Part shown: positions 50,726 through 61,795 of the stretch, piece by piece
How the letters are laid out: each line of letters begins with the position of its first letter
Numbering within the stretch: the first letter of the stretch is position 1
Source: Trypanosoma brucei
Lineage: Eukaryota
Direction: 5' to 3'
NCBI GenBank assembly: GCA_000002445.1
Contig: CM000208.1
Coordinates: forward strand, 2,208,001-2,272,000
Length of the DNA stretch: 64,000 nt
Translations under genes and position numbers: made by a program
The notes under the pieces: generated by a model
What the model saw: only the letters and a program-made list of their open reading frames with translations
Databases searched by the model: none
Told to the model about the DNA's origin: nothing

Positions 50726-53599
50726 ATGGTATCCGCTTCGAAGTTGCTGCAGGTGTTGGTCCGACGCTTTGAGACTCCCCAACCAGACTTTATGGTCGGC
50801 CACGCGCATTTCGTATTGAAGTTCTTGTCCGCTATTTGTCAAACTAATATAAGTCGTGAGGATATGCTGAACGTGACGAACATTATTACCAACTGCCCCC
50901 ACGCATTACCGATATTTAAGGGTAATCAGCGCTTATGCGAAAGGCTTTTGCTTAGTTGCTTTGCTAGTGTGTCCCGTGTTGATGCCGAGTTACAGGATGG
51001 CGTTCGACATGTAATTTGCACCTTGAGTGTCAATCCTGAATTGAATTCAAACATCATGATGACAATGGCTCGCAAAACTGTGGCCGCGAAGCGTGTGGAG
51101 GGTGCAGTAGCCAAGCAAGTTCTTGACAGAGATGACGCCATTTCCAACGAACTGCTTCGCCGTGTTGTTGCTCAGATGCCCGCTCACGGTGACCTTATAC
51201 CCGATGGAGGTGTTGAAATTGCCCTTCTTCCCCAGAAAGCTATGCACAAACGCCGACAAGAGCGCTTCGAGAGACCTGAACTCTTTTTCCTTGTCTCAAC
51301 TTTACGCTGCATTGCAACACACCGTCAGAGCCGACTTCGTGATAGTTTTGTTGAGGCGGGATGTTCTGCTGTGGGGATGCAGCACAGAAATTTACAATTT
51401 CTTCCAGCTGACGTTGTCGATCCCGTCGTGCGTTGCGTCACATCGCTTCCTGCATTTTGCAATCCTGAAGCACCAATGCGGCCCGATGACTGGTATCTTT
51501 TAGCCAGTCTCATTGCCTGCCCCGACGCGCGGCTCCGGCCATTGGGGATTCGACTGTGGGCGCAAAAGGTGTGTTATTATGATCCACTTGAAATGAATCT
51601 TACGGAAGTAAATAGCCCGTTTCCCCTCACAATTGCCGGGTTCCTGGTATCAATGCGGGGTGAGTTCAAGGAAGAAGCGATGATGTTGTGGTTGGGGGTG
51701 GTCACGGATCCCGCAGCTCTACCGTTGATAGATGAAAGAGTTCTGCAACTGCTGTTGTTTGACATTGCGCAATATGCTCAGGTCAACGATATGAATGACG
51801 TTAAGCGGGAACAAATTTTGGTGGCTCAATTAGCCGTTCTCAAAGCTTTAGAAGATTCTATGTCTCCTATTTACTATTTGGATGCTCGCATGACACTCAC
51901 CAGGACGACAAAGCTTCTCAATACCTCCAGTGATCTGATCAAAACGCTCAGTTCACTTAAGGATGTGCTATCGACCGGTCAGATTTTGAGGGCTTCTTTC
52001 TTACGCAGTGCAACTGATTTTTTGCGTTACGTTCGACAGACGGCTAATGTAAACGAACAGTCGTACATTAGGGTCTTGATTCTTTTGATGGGCAATGTTT
52101 TGCATGCCATACGTGTCTTGTCAGTTCAGGAGTATACATCCGTTTGCATAGTTGTTTTGGCCACCATCGTTGGATTTCTTCGCGACGTTCAGCCGAAAGC
52201 CTCCTCTCCGCAGGGAGACGAGTGGTGCGAATTGTTGAAGGCTCTAGCCACCACTATAATGAACGAAAAATCACTCGTTGATCCCAACATAGTCTCTCTT
52301 CAACTTCATATGATGGAGTTACTTGATTTTGCGTCCGACGAGCATTACAGCACCTCTGTGCGCGAGCGTATCCTTGCATCGCTACGCACTGTTTCGACAA
52401 AAACTCAAGAGATAGCACCGACTAGTGCGCAGCACTGCTACGAACTGCTTCTGCGCGCTGTCCATTTTCACGTCTTGGACGAGGAATTGCTATCTGAAGC
52501 GGTTGCGGCGCTACGTCATGCGACGGATACAACAGTTGCTATTGAGTGTATGAATTGGTCGCAGCGTAGGCATTTGATTGATCGTTGTTCTACATTGTAC
52601 CGCGAGATTGCACCAATGTTTCCCTCATCTCGAGGGGCTCGACGTCTTGGCAAGCAAATGTTAACAGTGGCAACCATAATTACGACTGAAAAACATGCAC
52701 CACGGACACAGCTGCAACGGCGTTCGTATGATGCGCGTCGCCCGGTCCTGGACTCGGGTTCTATGCAATTCTGTGCCCAGGCAATGTGGTCGCTTGCACT
52801 GCGGGCAACGCTGTCTCCCATTCCTCACCTGCCTGTGGATCGTTACCTTGCCGCGATGCTGCGCTTCGCGAAAAAGCATTGGAGACGGGATGAGGCACCT
52901 AGCGGTTACTCTTCCGAAAAAAGTCTAACAGAAGAAGCACAGGTCACTACCAAAACACCATTGGCAGAGCCGCGTGGTGGGCGCACGCGAGTATCATGTG
53001 GGGATGAGAGATTTTGTAGCGATATTGCTAACCTTTTGTTACCGCTGCTCAACCAAGTGCTCTTGCTTTGGTACACGAATAGAACTGCATTTCAGGCAAA
53101 TCAGAGGCGCCATAAAGCCGTTGTTTCAACAGCCTGCGACATAATCGAGCGGAACAGCGCCTTTCTTTCGCCTCGTGTATGGTTTGATACCCAACGTGTG
53201 TTATCCAACCTTCCTATCGTGCTGCCGAATCAGTGTACCCCACTTCATCTGAGCGTACTGAGGCGATCTTTACAGGAAACACTCCGTAACGTTCGCGCTT
53301 GTGGCAACCAAGGAACGTGGCACTTGCCTAGTGAAAAGACTCAATTGAAGGCCCAGGAAGGTTCTACGGAGGCCATATTGGGTGGAAGGATGATTGCAGA
53401 CATGTTTGGATGCGCAAATATAATTGAAGACGCTGATTTGAAGGTGTACCTCATATCTCTCGCGTCGGAGCAACTGAAGATGATCAGTGACCTTGACGAG
53501 ATGGATGAAAAGGCCTTAACACCGGAGGAGAAATCGCGTCTTATGTGTTTGAATAAAATTGTGTCTTCCGTGCGACACGGGACGGTCCTCTACTACTAG
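50726..53599 (+). CDS. large hypothetical protein (about 957 aa), helical-repeat-like
   Basis: Track ORF starts at TTG 50711; the first ATG (MVSASKLLQVLVRRFETPQPDF) is near 50726. It is a long Leu-rich helical ORF with no recognised catalytic motif. Confidence 0.5.
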   Translation: MVSASKLLQVLVRRFETPQPDFMVGHAHFVLKFLSAICQTNISREDMLNVTNIITNCPHALPIFKGNQRLCERLLLSCFASVSRVDAELQDGVRHVICTLSVNPELNSNIMMTMARKTVAAKRVEGAVAKQVLDRDDAISNELLRRVVAQMPAHGDLIPDGGVEIALLPQKAMHKRRQERFERPELFFLVSTLRCIATHRQSRLRDSFVEAGCSAVGMQHRNLQFLPADVVDPVVRCVTSLPAFCNPEAPMRPDDWYLLASLIACPDARLRPLGIRLWAQKVCYYDPLEMNLTEVNSPFPLTIAGFLVSMRGEFKEEAMMLWLGVVTDPAALPLIDERVLQLLLFDIAQYAQVNDMNDVKREQILVAQLAVLKALEDSMSPIYYLDARMTLTRTTKLLNTSSDLIKTLSSLKDVLSTGQILRASFLRSATDFLRYVRQTANVNEQSYIRVLILLMGNVLHAIRVLSVQEYTSVCIVVLATIVGFLRDVQPKASSPQGDEWCELLKALATTIMNEKSLVDPNIVSLQLHMMELLDFASDEHYSTSVRERILASLRTVSTKTQEIAPTSAQHCYELLLRAVHFHVLDEELLSEAVAALRHATDTTVAIECMNWSQRRHLIDRCSTLYREIAPMFPSSRGARRLGKQMLTVATIITTEKHAPRTQLQRRSYDARRPVLDSGSMQFCAQAMWSLALRATLSPIPHLPVDRYLAAMLRFAKKHWRRDEAPSGYSSEKSLTEEAQVTTKTPLAEPRGGRTRVSCGDERFCSDIANLLLPLLNQVLLLWYTNRTAFQANQRRHKAVVSTACDIIERNSAFLSPRVWFDTQRVLSNLPIVLPNQCTPLHLSVLRRSLQETLRNVRACGNQGTWHLPSEKTQLKAQEGSTEAILGGRMIADMFGCANIIEDADLKVYLISLASEQLKMISDLDEMDEKALTPEEKSRLMCLNKIVSSVRHGTVLYY

Positions 53600-54017
53600 G
53601 CATGAGAAGCAAAAGTGTTTGGTGGTGCTTTGCTTTTGCAGGAGAGCCAAAGAGTTGGTTGCGGGAATTGATAATACCCCGTATGATTGAGTTTGTGCGT
53701 GTGTGTGGACGGATGAGGGAAAAAGGCAGTTGGAAGTCAAAGATGTTCTAGCCTAACAATCTTTGTGACACAGTGCTAATGGTAGAATTCAAGTAGCACA
53801 AGGGATACATTGGCGTTCGTAACACTCAATGTCTTGGTATTTTTTTTTCTACATATGTGATATACACATTTCTTTTTCACAAACTATGTGCTGATCTCTC
53901 TTTTTTTTTTTTTTTGAGCGACGCCTTCCTGCTTCGTTCAGTTTGTCAAGGGCATGGGAAGGTATAACAGGCGGTGATTTGTGCCGCAACATCGAAAGGG
54001 GGTGAAGAATCGCCATA

Positions 54018-55100
54018 ATGACAGTTTGTCTTGTTCTACTAACTGGGCTGCCAGGAGCGGGGAAGACGACACTAGGCAAGGCTCTTAAACAGTTGGGGGA
54101 TCACATAACCCATGAACTCTCCCTCATAGTCACGGCAGTGGTGGAATTAGATGACTTTATGTGTAACGTCGGTGCGAGTAATGGGTCCCGTGTAGAGAGT
54201 ACCGTTTTCGATCCAAGTCGGTGGCGAGAGGCGTTCGAAGCGGCTCGTCAGGCAACTCGCCAGGAGTTGGAGCGGTGCCTAATGATGGAGAGGAATAAAG
54301 CGGTAATGCACTTGGTTTTTCTGGTGGATCCGCTGCCATATAGGAGTATGAGAGCATCGTACTGGAAAATGTGCAAGGAATTAAGTGCCAAGTGTGCTGA
54401 GACTCACTTTCATGATTCATGGGAAGTGCAGAGCATTGTTGTCTTGTTGGAGGTGCGGATGAACACCCCGGAGGAGGTTTGTCTCCAACGCAATGAGCTC
54501 CGCGCCGGAACCCCGCAGTATATTCCCCCGTATGTTATTAAGGGGATAAGTGACTCGTTTGACCGTGGTGACCTCACTGCTGTGCTGCCGGGTACAGACG
54601 GAAATATGTGGGCCGTACTTCCCGGGCAGAGGTCGGCACCGTGGCCCGTTCTTTTACTGGTTGATGAAGTGAGATGTTGCGCGTCACCACCCAATTTGTT
54701 GGCCACGCAGTTGCTGGAGCGTATCCGAGGGGAAGACATAATGCGTGAGATGACGGAACAACAAGTAAGTGTTTTTAATTATTACAAGTGCCAAGTGGAA
54801 GGGGGGAAGTCGAAGTGCTTGGCGAGTGGAGAAGCACATGACAACGTTAACAACTGTCTTCATCAAGTGGACCTCCACATGCGGGCAGTTGTGGGACATT
54901 ACATGGTCCAGCGGCAGAGTATTGGTTCACTGAAGCCAGGCACTGGGCAACGCGTAAGCAAATGTCGTTCGACCCACTACGCGGGAATTCGGGCAGCAAT
55001 CACGAAGGGAACGAGAAACACAGGAGGATCTTTTTCCGAAGTGCAAGGACTACTGCAGCAGTTACTTTTGGAATTCGAGCATGCCTTAGTAGATCTTTGA
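54018..55100 (+). CDS. P-loop kinase of the KTI12/PSTK family (possible O-phosphoseryl-tRNA(Sec) kinase or KTI12 homologue)
   Basis: ATG start, 360 aa. The N-terminal Walker A at the very start, MTVCLVLLTGLPGAGKTTLGKAL, is as in KTI12 (MPLVLLTGyPsSGKTT) and PSTK. The size fits both. The two cannot be told apart without alignment. Confidence 0.45.
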   Translation: MTVCLVLLTGLPGAGKTTLGKALKQLGDHITHELSLIVTAVVELDDFMCNVGASNGSRVESTVFDPSRWREAFEAARQATRQELERCLMMERNKAVMHLVFLVDPLPYRSMRASYWKMCKELSAKCAETHFHDSWEVQSIVVLLEVRMNTPEEVCLQRNELRAGTPQYIPPYVIKGISDSFDRGDLTAVLPGTDGNMWAVLPGQRSAPWPVLLLVDEVRCCASPPNLLATQLLERIRGEDIMREMTEQQVSVFNYYKCQVEGGKSKCLASGEAHDNVNNCLHQVDLHMRAVVGHYMVQRQSIGSLKPGTGQRVSKCRSTHYAGIRAAITKGTRNTGGSFSEVQGLLQQLLLEFEHALVDL

Positions 55101-55624
55101 GAAACGTGCACGAGGTATGCTGTTGGGTGTGGCAAAAGTTGCTGAGAGCAAATGTCACGTGGTTGTTTGACGTGTCAGCTCCTTCATCTGTGCTGGTGGT
55201 GATTACCGGCATGTGTCTCTTGAGAAGGTACATGTGAGTTTAGATCCTTTTTTTTTGTTTTTAGTGTCTGCAAACTTTCCCACGTGTTGGTCGTGTTCTC
55301 TGTCACATCCCCCTCCCCTGCCGCTCTGTCGTCCGCGCCTTGCTGGGACTGGAGAGTTTGCCCTCATCTGTGCGTGTACACGTATCCCGTACGTCCCTAA
55401 CTTTTCTATCATTTCCTCCCCCCGTTGTTTCGCTCTCTGTTTACTTGTTTTTCACGTAGTGTCGGCTGCACTTCTCTCCTTCAAGGGGGTTAGCACTTTA
55501 TTCCCTCACTTCATCCTTCTGATTTTTTTTTCCTTTTCCTTCGTTATATATCTTCACTTCTGTCTGTGTCGACTCATGGAACCGTTCCCACTAGACACAC
55601 ACACCCACACACCGTAGGAGTGCA

Positions 55625-56548
55625 ATGGAATCCACAGTCACCGGTGAACCGTGTCATGCGTGCGAAAAGCAGGAAACAACTGATGAACACAGTCGCTGTG
55701 GCCGCGGGACGCTGCCGCTGTACCACATTCATTCAACGAAAGTGCCAGAATACATGAAGGACAATCCATACATCTATACTGGCTATAGGGCACAGTATAC
55801 CACTATGATGTGCCTGCGGAGTTTCCTTGCGGTTCACAATGAGTCGTTGAACGTGTGGACCCATGCGTTTGGGTTTGTTGTTTTTGTATTGCTTTCAATT
55901 CTACTTTTCACGAACGTGGTGCTGGCCCGAGAGTACGTTTGGCACTGTGTAGTTTATGGAGGCTTTAGTTTTGCTTGCCTAATGTGTATGCTATGTAGCA
56001 CAGTTTACCATCTGTTCATGTGCCATGAGAATGAGGCAGTTTCATTGTTTGTGGAGCTTGTGGACTATCATGGCATTAGTGTCCTCATAGTGGCGAGTTA
56101 CATTCCCCTGCTTTACATTGGTTTCGCCTGTAAGCCATATTACCGGGCAATTTATATGGTGAGCATCATCATGTTTGGTACTTTAAGCGTTGTTTTCTCC
56201 TCTCTACCAAGTCTCCGTGATGCAAAGTATCGATGGATTCGCACAACTGTTTACATTCTCATGGCTGTAGGGGGAATTGTGCCCCTCCTACATTTCTATG
56301 CCTTTACACCCCACAATACTGAAAGTATGATGCCACTCAAAGGTGTGGCACTCATGTTTGCACTTTACGGTGCTGGAGTCCTCTTCTACACATCCCGAAT
56401 TCCTGAACGTTGGTTCCCTGGTCGGTTTGACATATACCTTTCAAGTCATCAAATATGGCACGTTTTTGTACTTGCAGCCGCCTGTGTTCATTTTTTCAGT
56501 TGCACAGCACTGTATCAGCAGTGGTTGGTGAGCCGACACATTTGTTAA
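55625..56548 (+). CDS. PAQR family protein (Hly-III/adiponectin-receptor-like, 7-TM)
   Basis: ATG start, 307 aa. PAQR motif I is YIYTGYRAQYTTMMCLRSFLAVHNESLNVWTHAFGF; it is followed by 7 hydrophobic segments. The C-terminal motif is GRFDIYLSSHQIWHVFVLAAACVHF (the HxxxH zinc site of the Hly-III family). Confidence 0.75.
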   Translation: MESTVTGEPCHACEKQETTDEHSRCGRGTLPLYHIHSTKVPEYMKDNPYIYTGYRAQYTTMMCLRSFLAVHNESLNVWTHAFGFVVFVLLSILLFTNVVLAREYVWHCVVYGGFSFACLMCMLCSTVYHLFMCHENEAVSLFVELVDYHGISVLIVASYIPLLYIGFACKPYYRAIYMVSIIMFGTLSVVFSSLPSLRDAKYRWIRTTVYILMAVGGIVPLLHFYAFTPHNTESMMPLKGVALMFALYGAGVLFYTSRIPERWFPGRFDIYLSSHQIWHVFVLAAACVHFFSCTALYQQWLVSRHIC

Positions 56549-56672
56549 ACTTTGAGTACACATGCTGTACCACTTGGGGAAGCAAATGCTGCTAAAAGGT
56601 GATGGCGCTCGATTGAGGCAGAGTGAATAAATTAAGCGGTGACGGTCCGAAATGGTGGTGTGGGGAGGCAGG

Positions 56673-56699
56673 CGAGAGAGAGAGAGAGAGAGAGAGAGA
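56673..56699. repeat. (GA)n microsatellite, about 13 units
   Basis: gagagagaga... run in the spacer between the two PAQR genes, followed about 200 nt later by (AT)10 at 56901-56920. Confidence 0.9.
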
Positions 56700-57599
56700 A
56701 AAAAACGTCAGGTAATGCGGCTTTGATGATATCATCTACCGTATTCGGTATATAGACTGTTGTTCGTGTTGTCTCCCCACCCACCTTTTTTTTAAACACC
56801 ATTTAATATATCCATTTTGATTTTTTTTCTTTCGGGAAGTATTGTGGGTTGCTGAAGGACGGGTTTCACACAATGTTTTTCTGTTGTAATTTTTTTTGTT
56901 ATATATATATATATATATATAAGCCTTACCATTTACGCTTTTTCACTCGCTGTAGTGCCCACGTTGTGTTGCCTGCATGTAGTTATCTCGTATATTAGCG
57001 TACACGTGACGAAGTTGAGGAAGCAAAGGGGGAAAAGTGCTACGAAGAGGGACCGGAGAAACGATGATAAAAAAAGAAAAAAAACCGACATAATTGGTTA
57101 TTTTCTTGGTATAAAATAAATATGCACTCGCACATTCCTTTCTTGTTTCCCCCACTTAACCCAACACATATCATTTTTTAGGTACGCACGCAATTATTTT
57201 ACATGGCGCCCGCCCTGCTCTTTCTTTTTTTTTTTCACCTTTCATTTCCCGTCTGGTGGTGGGAATCAAAATCACGGCACAATCGCTCCACTGTTATATT
57301 AAATGCGGTGGAGAGGGGGGGTTGTCTTCCCTTTTTTTCTTTTGTTTTACGGTGTGTTTTTCCGCTTACATACGTGTATCCACGTAGGAATTTTCGAGTA
57401 TGCGCCTTGATTCCTTTATATTTGTCACTAAGTTAAAAGATTTGTCTCATTACTTGTTTAAAACTCACTCGTTTGGGTAGGCTTAGTCGTCGGTATCGTG
57501 GCCATAAGGAATCCGGTACATTCGACTGGGCAGGCAAAAATTCTCGTGTGCGACAGAACTTTTACGACACGCAAAAGCATCCATTCTGAAGTTTAAAAG

Positions 57600-58649
57600 A
57601 TGATTTCATCGAGATTTCGAGGGGAAAACGTGAGCTCGGCATCAACAACCATCACAACAAATGGCGGCGATCAAAGTGAGAAAACATGCAGTTCCTCCTC
57701 AAGCATGCGTGCGACTGAGGCGCCAGTACCGTACAACAGTAATCCAGATCTTCCATTGTATACTGTCGATCAGGTTCCACCCCATCTTGCGGAAAATTTA
57801 TACATTCATACCGGCTATCGCATGAATTATAGTGCAGGCATGTGCTTCCGTAGTGTTTTGGCTTTGCATAATGAAACTTTTAACGTATGGACGCATCTTA
57901 TTGGGTTCGTCATATTTCTCATTGTCTCTTTTGTTTTTTCGATCGGAGTTCTGATTCCCAGGTTGACGGACCGTCCAGGGGAGGGCAGCGAAACCGGTGG
58001 CAGTTCCTTCCCCGACACGGTGTCTCTGCTTGGTTTCCACTGGCCGACACTTTCTATATTTGCAGTGTATTCTGTGAGTTGTCTCATGTGTATGCTCTGC
58101 AGTGCGGCCTTTCATACGTTGATTCCTCACAACCATCCAGTAATATACCGCATTGCTCATACATTGGATTACTTTGGCATCACCTTCCTTGTAGTTGGGT
58201 CATTTCTGCCCATGTGTTACTTCTGCTTTGCATGCAAACCGCACTTGAGATATATTTACCTTATTATGGTGTCGCTGTTTGGTGTTGGTGGGCTTGTGGG
58301 TCCCTGTTTTCGAAGGTGGACTGATCCAGCTTACATGTGCGCAAAGATCACCTTTTACGTTTGTATGGTTGGAAGCGGTCTCTTGCCCGTTTTTCACATT
58401 TACTTAACACTTCCCAGTAGCGCCACGGCATCGGTTGTACAAGGTTTATTACTTATGATGGGTCTCTATGGAGTGGGTGTTATGATTTACGCATTGAAAG
58501 TGCCTGAGTCCTTGTACCCTGGCGAGTTTGATATTTATCTTTCCAGTCACCAATTGTGGCATGTTTTTGTGCTGTGCGCAGCTGTTGTTCACTTCTTTAA
58601 TTGCGCTTCCATGTACATTAACTTTGATAAAATGGCGCTCAACTGCTAG
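57600..58649 (+). CDS. PAQR family protein (Hly-III/adiponectin-receptor-like), tandem paralogue of 55625..56548
   Basis: ATG start, 349 aa. Motifs are YIHTGYRMNYSAGMCFRSVLALHNETFNVWTHLIGF and GEFDIYLSSHQLWHVFVLCAAVVHF. It shares blocks with the upstream paralogue but has a different N-terminal tail and an inserted loop (PRLTDRPGEGSETGGSSFPDTVSLLGFHWPTLS). Confidence 0.75.
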   Translation: MISSRFRGENVSSASTTITTNGGDQSEKTCSSSSSMRATEAPVPYNSNPDLPLYTVDQVPPHLAENLYIHTGYRMNYSAGMCFRSVLALHNETFNVWTHLIGFVIFLIVSFVFSIGVLIPRLTDRPGEGSETGGSSFPDTVSLLGFHWPTLSIFAVYSVSCLMCMLCSAAFHTLIPHNHPVIYRIAHTLDYFGITFLVVGSFLPMCYFCFACKPHLRYIYLIMVSLFGVGGLVGPCFRRWTDPAYMCAKITFYVCMVGSGLLPVFHIYLTLPSSATASVVQGLLLMMGLYGVGVMIYALKVPESLYPGEFDIYLSSHQLWHVFVLCAAVVHFFNCASMYINFDKMALNC

Positions 58650-58921
58650 CGGCGAAAAAAAAAAAGTATTTATTTGTGAATTTACGTAATGATGCGATTG
58701 CACACGAACGCAAACGTCCGCATATGTGTGTGTGCGCATACGTGCATATGACGAGGGAGAAAAAAAAGAGAGAGGGAACATCCACCTAAAGTGAGGGAAT
58801 GTGAATGTTTTTTTTTTTAAATGTTGTTGTTGTGTCCATTTGCCTAGTAGTCGATTCAGATTTTTTCTGTACATGGTTTAATAATGAGACGAGAGAAAGA
58901 AAATAACTGTGGAGGGAGTAC

Positions 58922-58955
58922 ATATATATATATATATGTGTGTGTGTGTGTATGT
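58922..58955. repeat. compound (AT)n(GT)n microsatellite
   Basis: catatatatatatatatgtgtgtgtgtgtgtatgtgg lies downstream of the second PAQR gene. Confidence 0.85.
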
Positions 58956-61763
58956 GGTTGCGTGTGCATTTAAGAACACAATAAAAAATAAAAAAGCGAA
59001 GAAGGAACGGGAACCGTGTCACTTCATTATCTGCTGAGGCACGCGATGGGTTCTACACGCACCTCTCCCCATACTCTTGTGTGGTTATTCTTGGTTTATC
59101 TCTCAGACATAATATATTTACCATAAGTTGTTGTTCACCCGCTGTGCTAAGGTCTGTGGGACGCGATAATTTCACACATGTGGTAACGAGGCATTCATCA
59201 TTCTTTTCTGTTTCTTCATCTTGAGAGGACGGTTTATATTTCGTGCGTTTGTGGGTAACTTTAGTTGATAACAACATATGGTTAATTCTTTTTTTTTTGT
59301 TGCTGTGCCGTTGTTTGGCGTCAATTTTAACCCTCCATCTTCTCCACATCCCCTCCATTTATTTGTGAGGTGTGTTGTGAAGGTATTTTTTTTTTTTAAT
59401 TCCTATCCGTAATTTAAACAGAAATATCCCAACGTCAAAAAAGACAAAAAAGGGAAAGAGTGTGAGTTCATAGTACAGATTGAGATAGGTTTATAAACAT
59501 TTATATATAGTTAACCCAGTGAATAGGTATCAGCAACAGGCGGGACCCTGCGTTTACTTGCATGAAATCATTGGAAGATTTGAACGGATGCGACATTCTT
59601 AATCGCGTTGAAAAGGCATTGCGGTTGTGCGAACAGCAGCGAGCCTGCCAACAACACATGCTTCAACTCTTGACAACTGTTGAACAAACTCTTGAGGCCA
59701 CTAAATCCGACTTACCGCGCACTCCTAAACTCACAGTACCGCAAAATACGCCTTTAACTTCCCGTTATTCACAACAGTGTATTGGCAAAATCAATTCAAG
59801 TGATGATTCCGCACAACAATTTCACAGTAAGGCGGAGGTCACTTCATCGCTTCGTAATGTCGTTTATGTGCTTGATCAACTCAACTACAGAGCCACTGCC
59901 GCGTTGTTAGACTTGTCAGCGCGCGTTAGTTGCATCGACAAGCGGGTGCAGCACCTCACTAATATTTCTAAGAGAAATGTGATGGCAATAAACGAGCGTA
60001 TGGAAAGAATTAAGCAAGAAGCAGCGGTGGGAGCCACTTCATTGGCTGTTATGGCGACAGTTGTGCGTCTTGGTTGTAGTGAATCCGAAATGGAATTCGC
60101 ATGCCACCGTGAGGAACAAAATGGGGTTGGGAGCGTTGCAATGCGGTCGGAACCCACTTGCAGTAGTGCCATACGCACGGCGTGGAAATCTCTTGAGGAG
60201 GCGGAGGCTTCCGCCATTATGAGTTCAGCTGAAGCTCATGAAGCGGTAGCGAACACAACATGTGGCCTCTTGCGTGCGAGTCTAATGGAGGAATTTAAGG
60301 CGCAACGTTATTTTCCTTCGAAACGTGTTTGGCAACGGCGTCGTGACGGTCAGGCGGAGTGGAGTCGAAAACTGCGGGAAGCGGCTGCGCAGCGAAAAGT
60401 GACGGCGTGTGTGAAGTGGCAGCGCCACGAAAAGGCCGTTGATGAGGCGATGGATGGCGAGTTCATTGGGGAACTTTAATCACATGCGCAAAAAAATAAA
60501 CAAATGAAGTGGGGAATCTATTGAGTTATACATTTGTAAGCTACCGCTATGGGGTGCGGTGGAATTCTGTTCTTCACAGGGGTGACGTAACGCATGTTGT
60601 GTTCATATTTCTTTTTTTTTTTAATTCCTTCAGCTGTTTTTTTCTCTTTTCTTTTTAGTTTATTTACATGTATGAGAACATATTATTATGTATTGTTTCA
60701 TCCATTGTGAAGTCATTGGTTTATTATTTTTATGATTATTATTGTTGTTGTTGTTCCAGTCGAATTTATAAGTCACTTACTGCTTGTGCATATTGCTTCC
60801 GTGTCTTCTTCCGCATGTTTGAATTGCTGCATTTTACTGCTTTTCTTTTCTTTTTTTTATTTTCGTTCTTTTGACTCCCCCACTAATTTATATTCATCGC
60901 AAATACAAATGTTTATTTGTACTTTAGCATTAGCGTTTCAAGCGAACACATATTCAAGTGGAGCCGAAACAAACAGAAAACAAAACCAAGGGAATAAGCA
61001 CTAAGTGCAAGTGACGGACAAGACAAATACATCAAACAGTTTATTTTCAAAAAAAAAAAGGAGGAAATATAATTACATTTATACAAGGAAAAAAGAGAAC
61101 AAACATAGGAAGAACAGTAGAAAAATAACTTGTGCAGGGAAATAACCGCGACTTCACACATATATATATATATATATTTGGTTCAAGGAAGAGAGTCTTA
61201 CTCGCCTCGGGGGGAAACCACCCAATCTCAGTGAAGGTTAGTTTGTTTTTTTTTTTGTGTGTGTGTGTCTGGACGTAAAAGAAAAGAGAGGAAAGAAATA
61301 AAAGAAAAAGGAAGAAAGAAAGAAAACAAAAAGTGACGTGAAGGCGGAGATCAAACAAAAAGGAAGAATAAACACCGTACGGGTAGATTCATACCTTATT
61401 GGTAAAGTCGGGGCGCTCGCGTGTTTGGGTGTTTGGGTGTTTGTGTTTGTTTTTTTTTTTACTTAGAGGAAAAGTAAAAGAGGAAAGGGGAAAAAAAAAC
61501 TCCAGCGCAGCCTCTTCTTTTCCACATTTTTACGGGTTAGTTGTCATTTGACGGGTTCACGTCCTTTTGGTTTCTTTGTTTACTTCGGTTACTTTGTTTA
61601 TTCCTTTCTTTTCTCGCCTCCCGCCTTTTTCTTCTTCTTACTCTTACACTTTTCATTGTGTCATTTACTGTTACTAATTATAATTGTCATTCGCTCCTCT
61701 TTTCAATCCACTCCATTTATTTTTCCAATTCCGCTTCGACTTCGAACTCTAATTTTGGTTTGA

Positions 61764-61768
<5 letters not shown>

Positions 61769-61795
<27 letters not shown>
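61769..61795. repeat. (TA)n microsatellite, about 13 units
   Basis: tatatatata... run in the 2.6 kb spacer. Further (AT)n runs lie at about 61159-61177 and 62787-62809. Confidence 0.85.
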
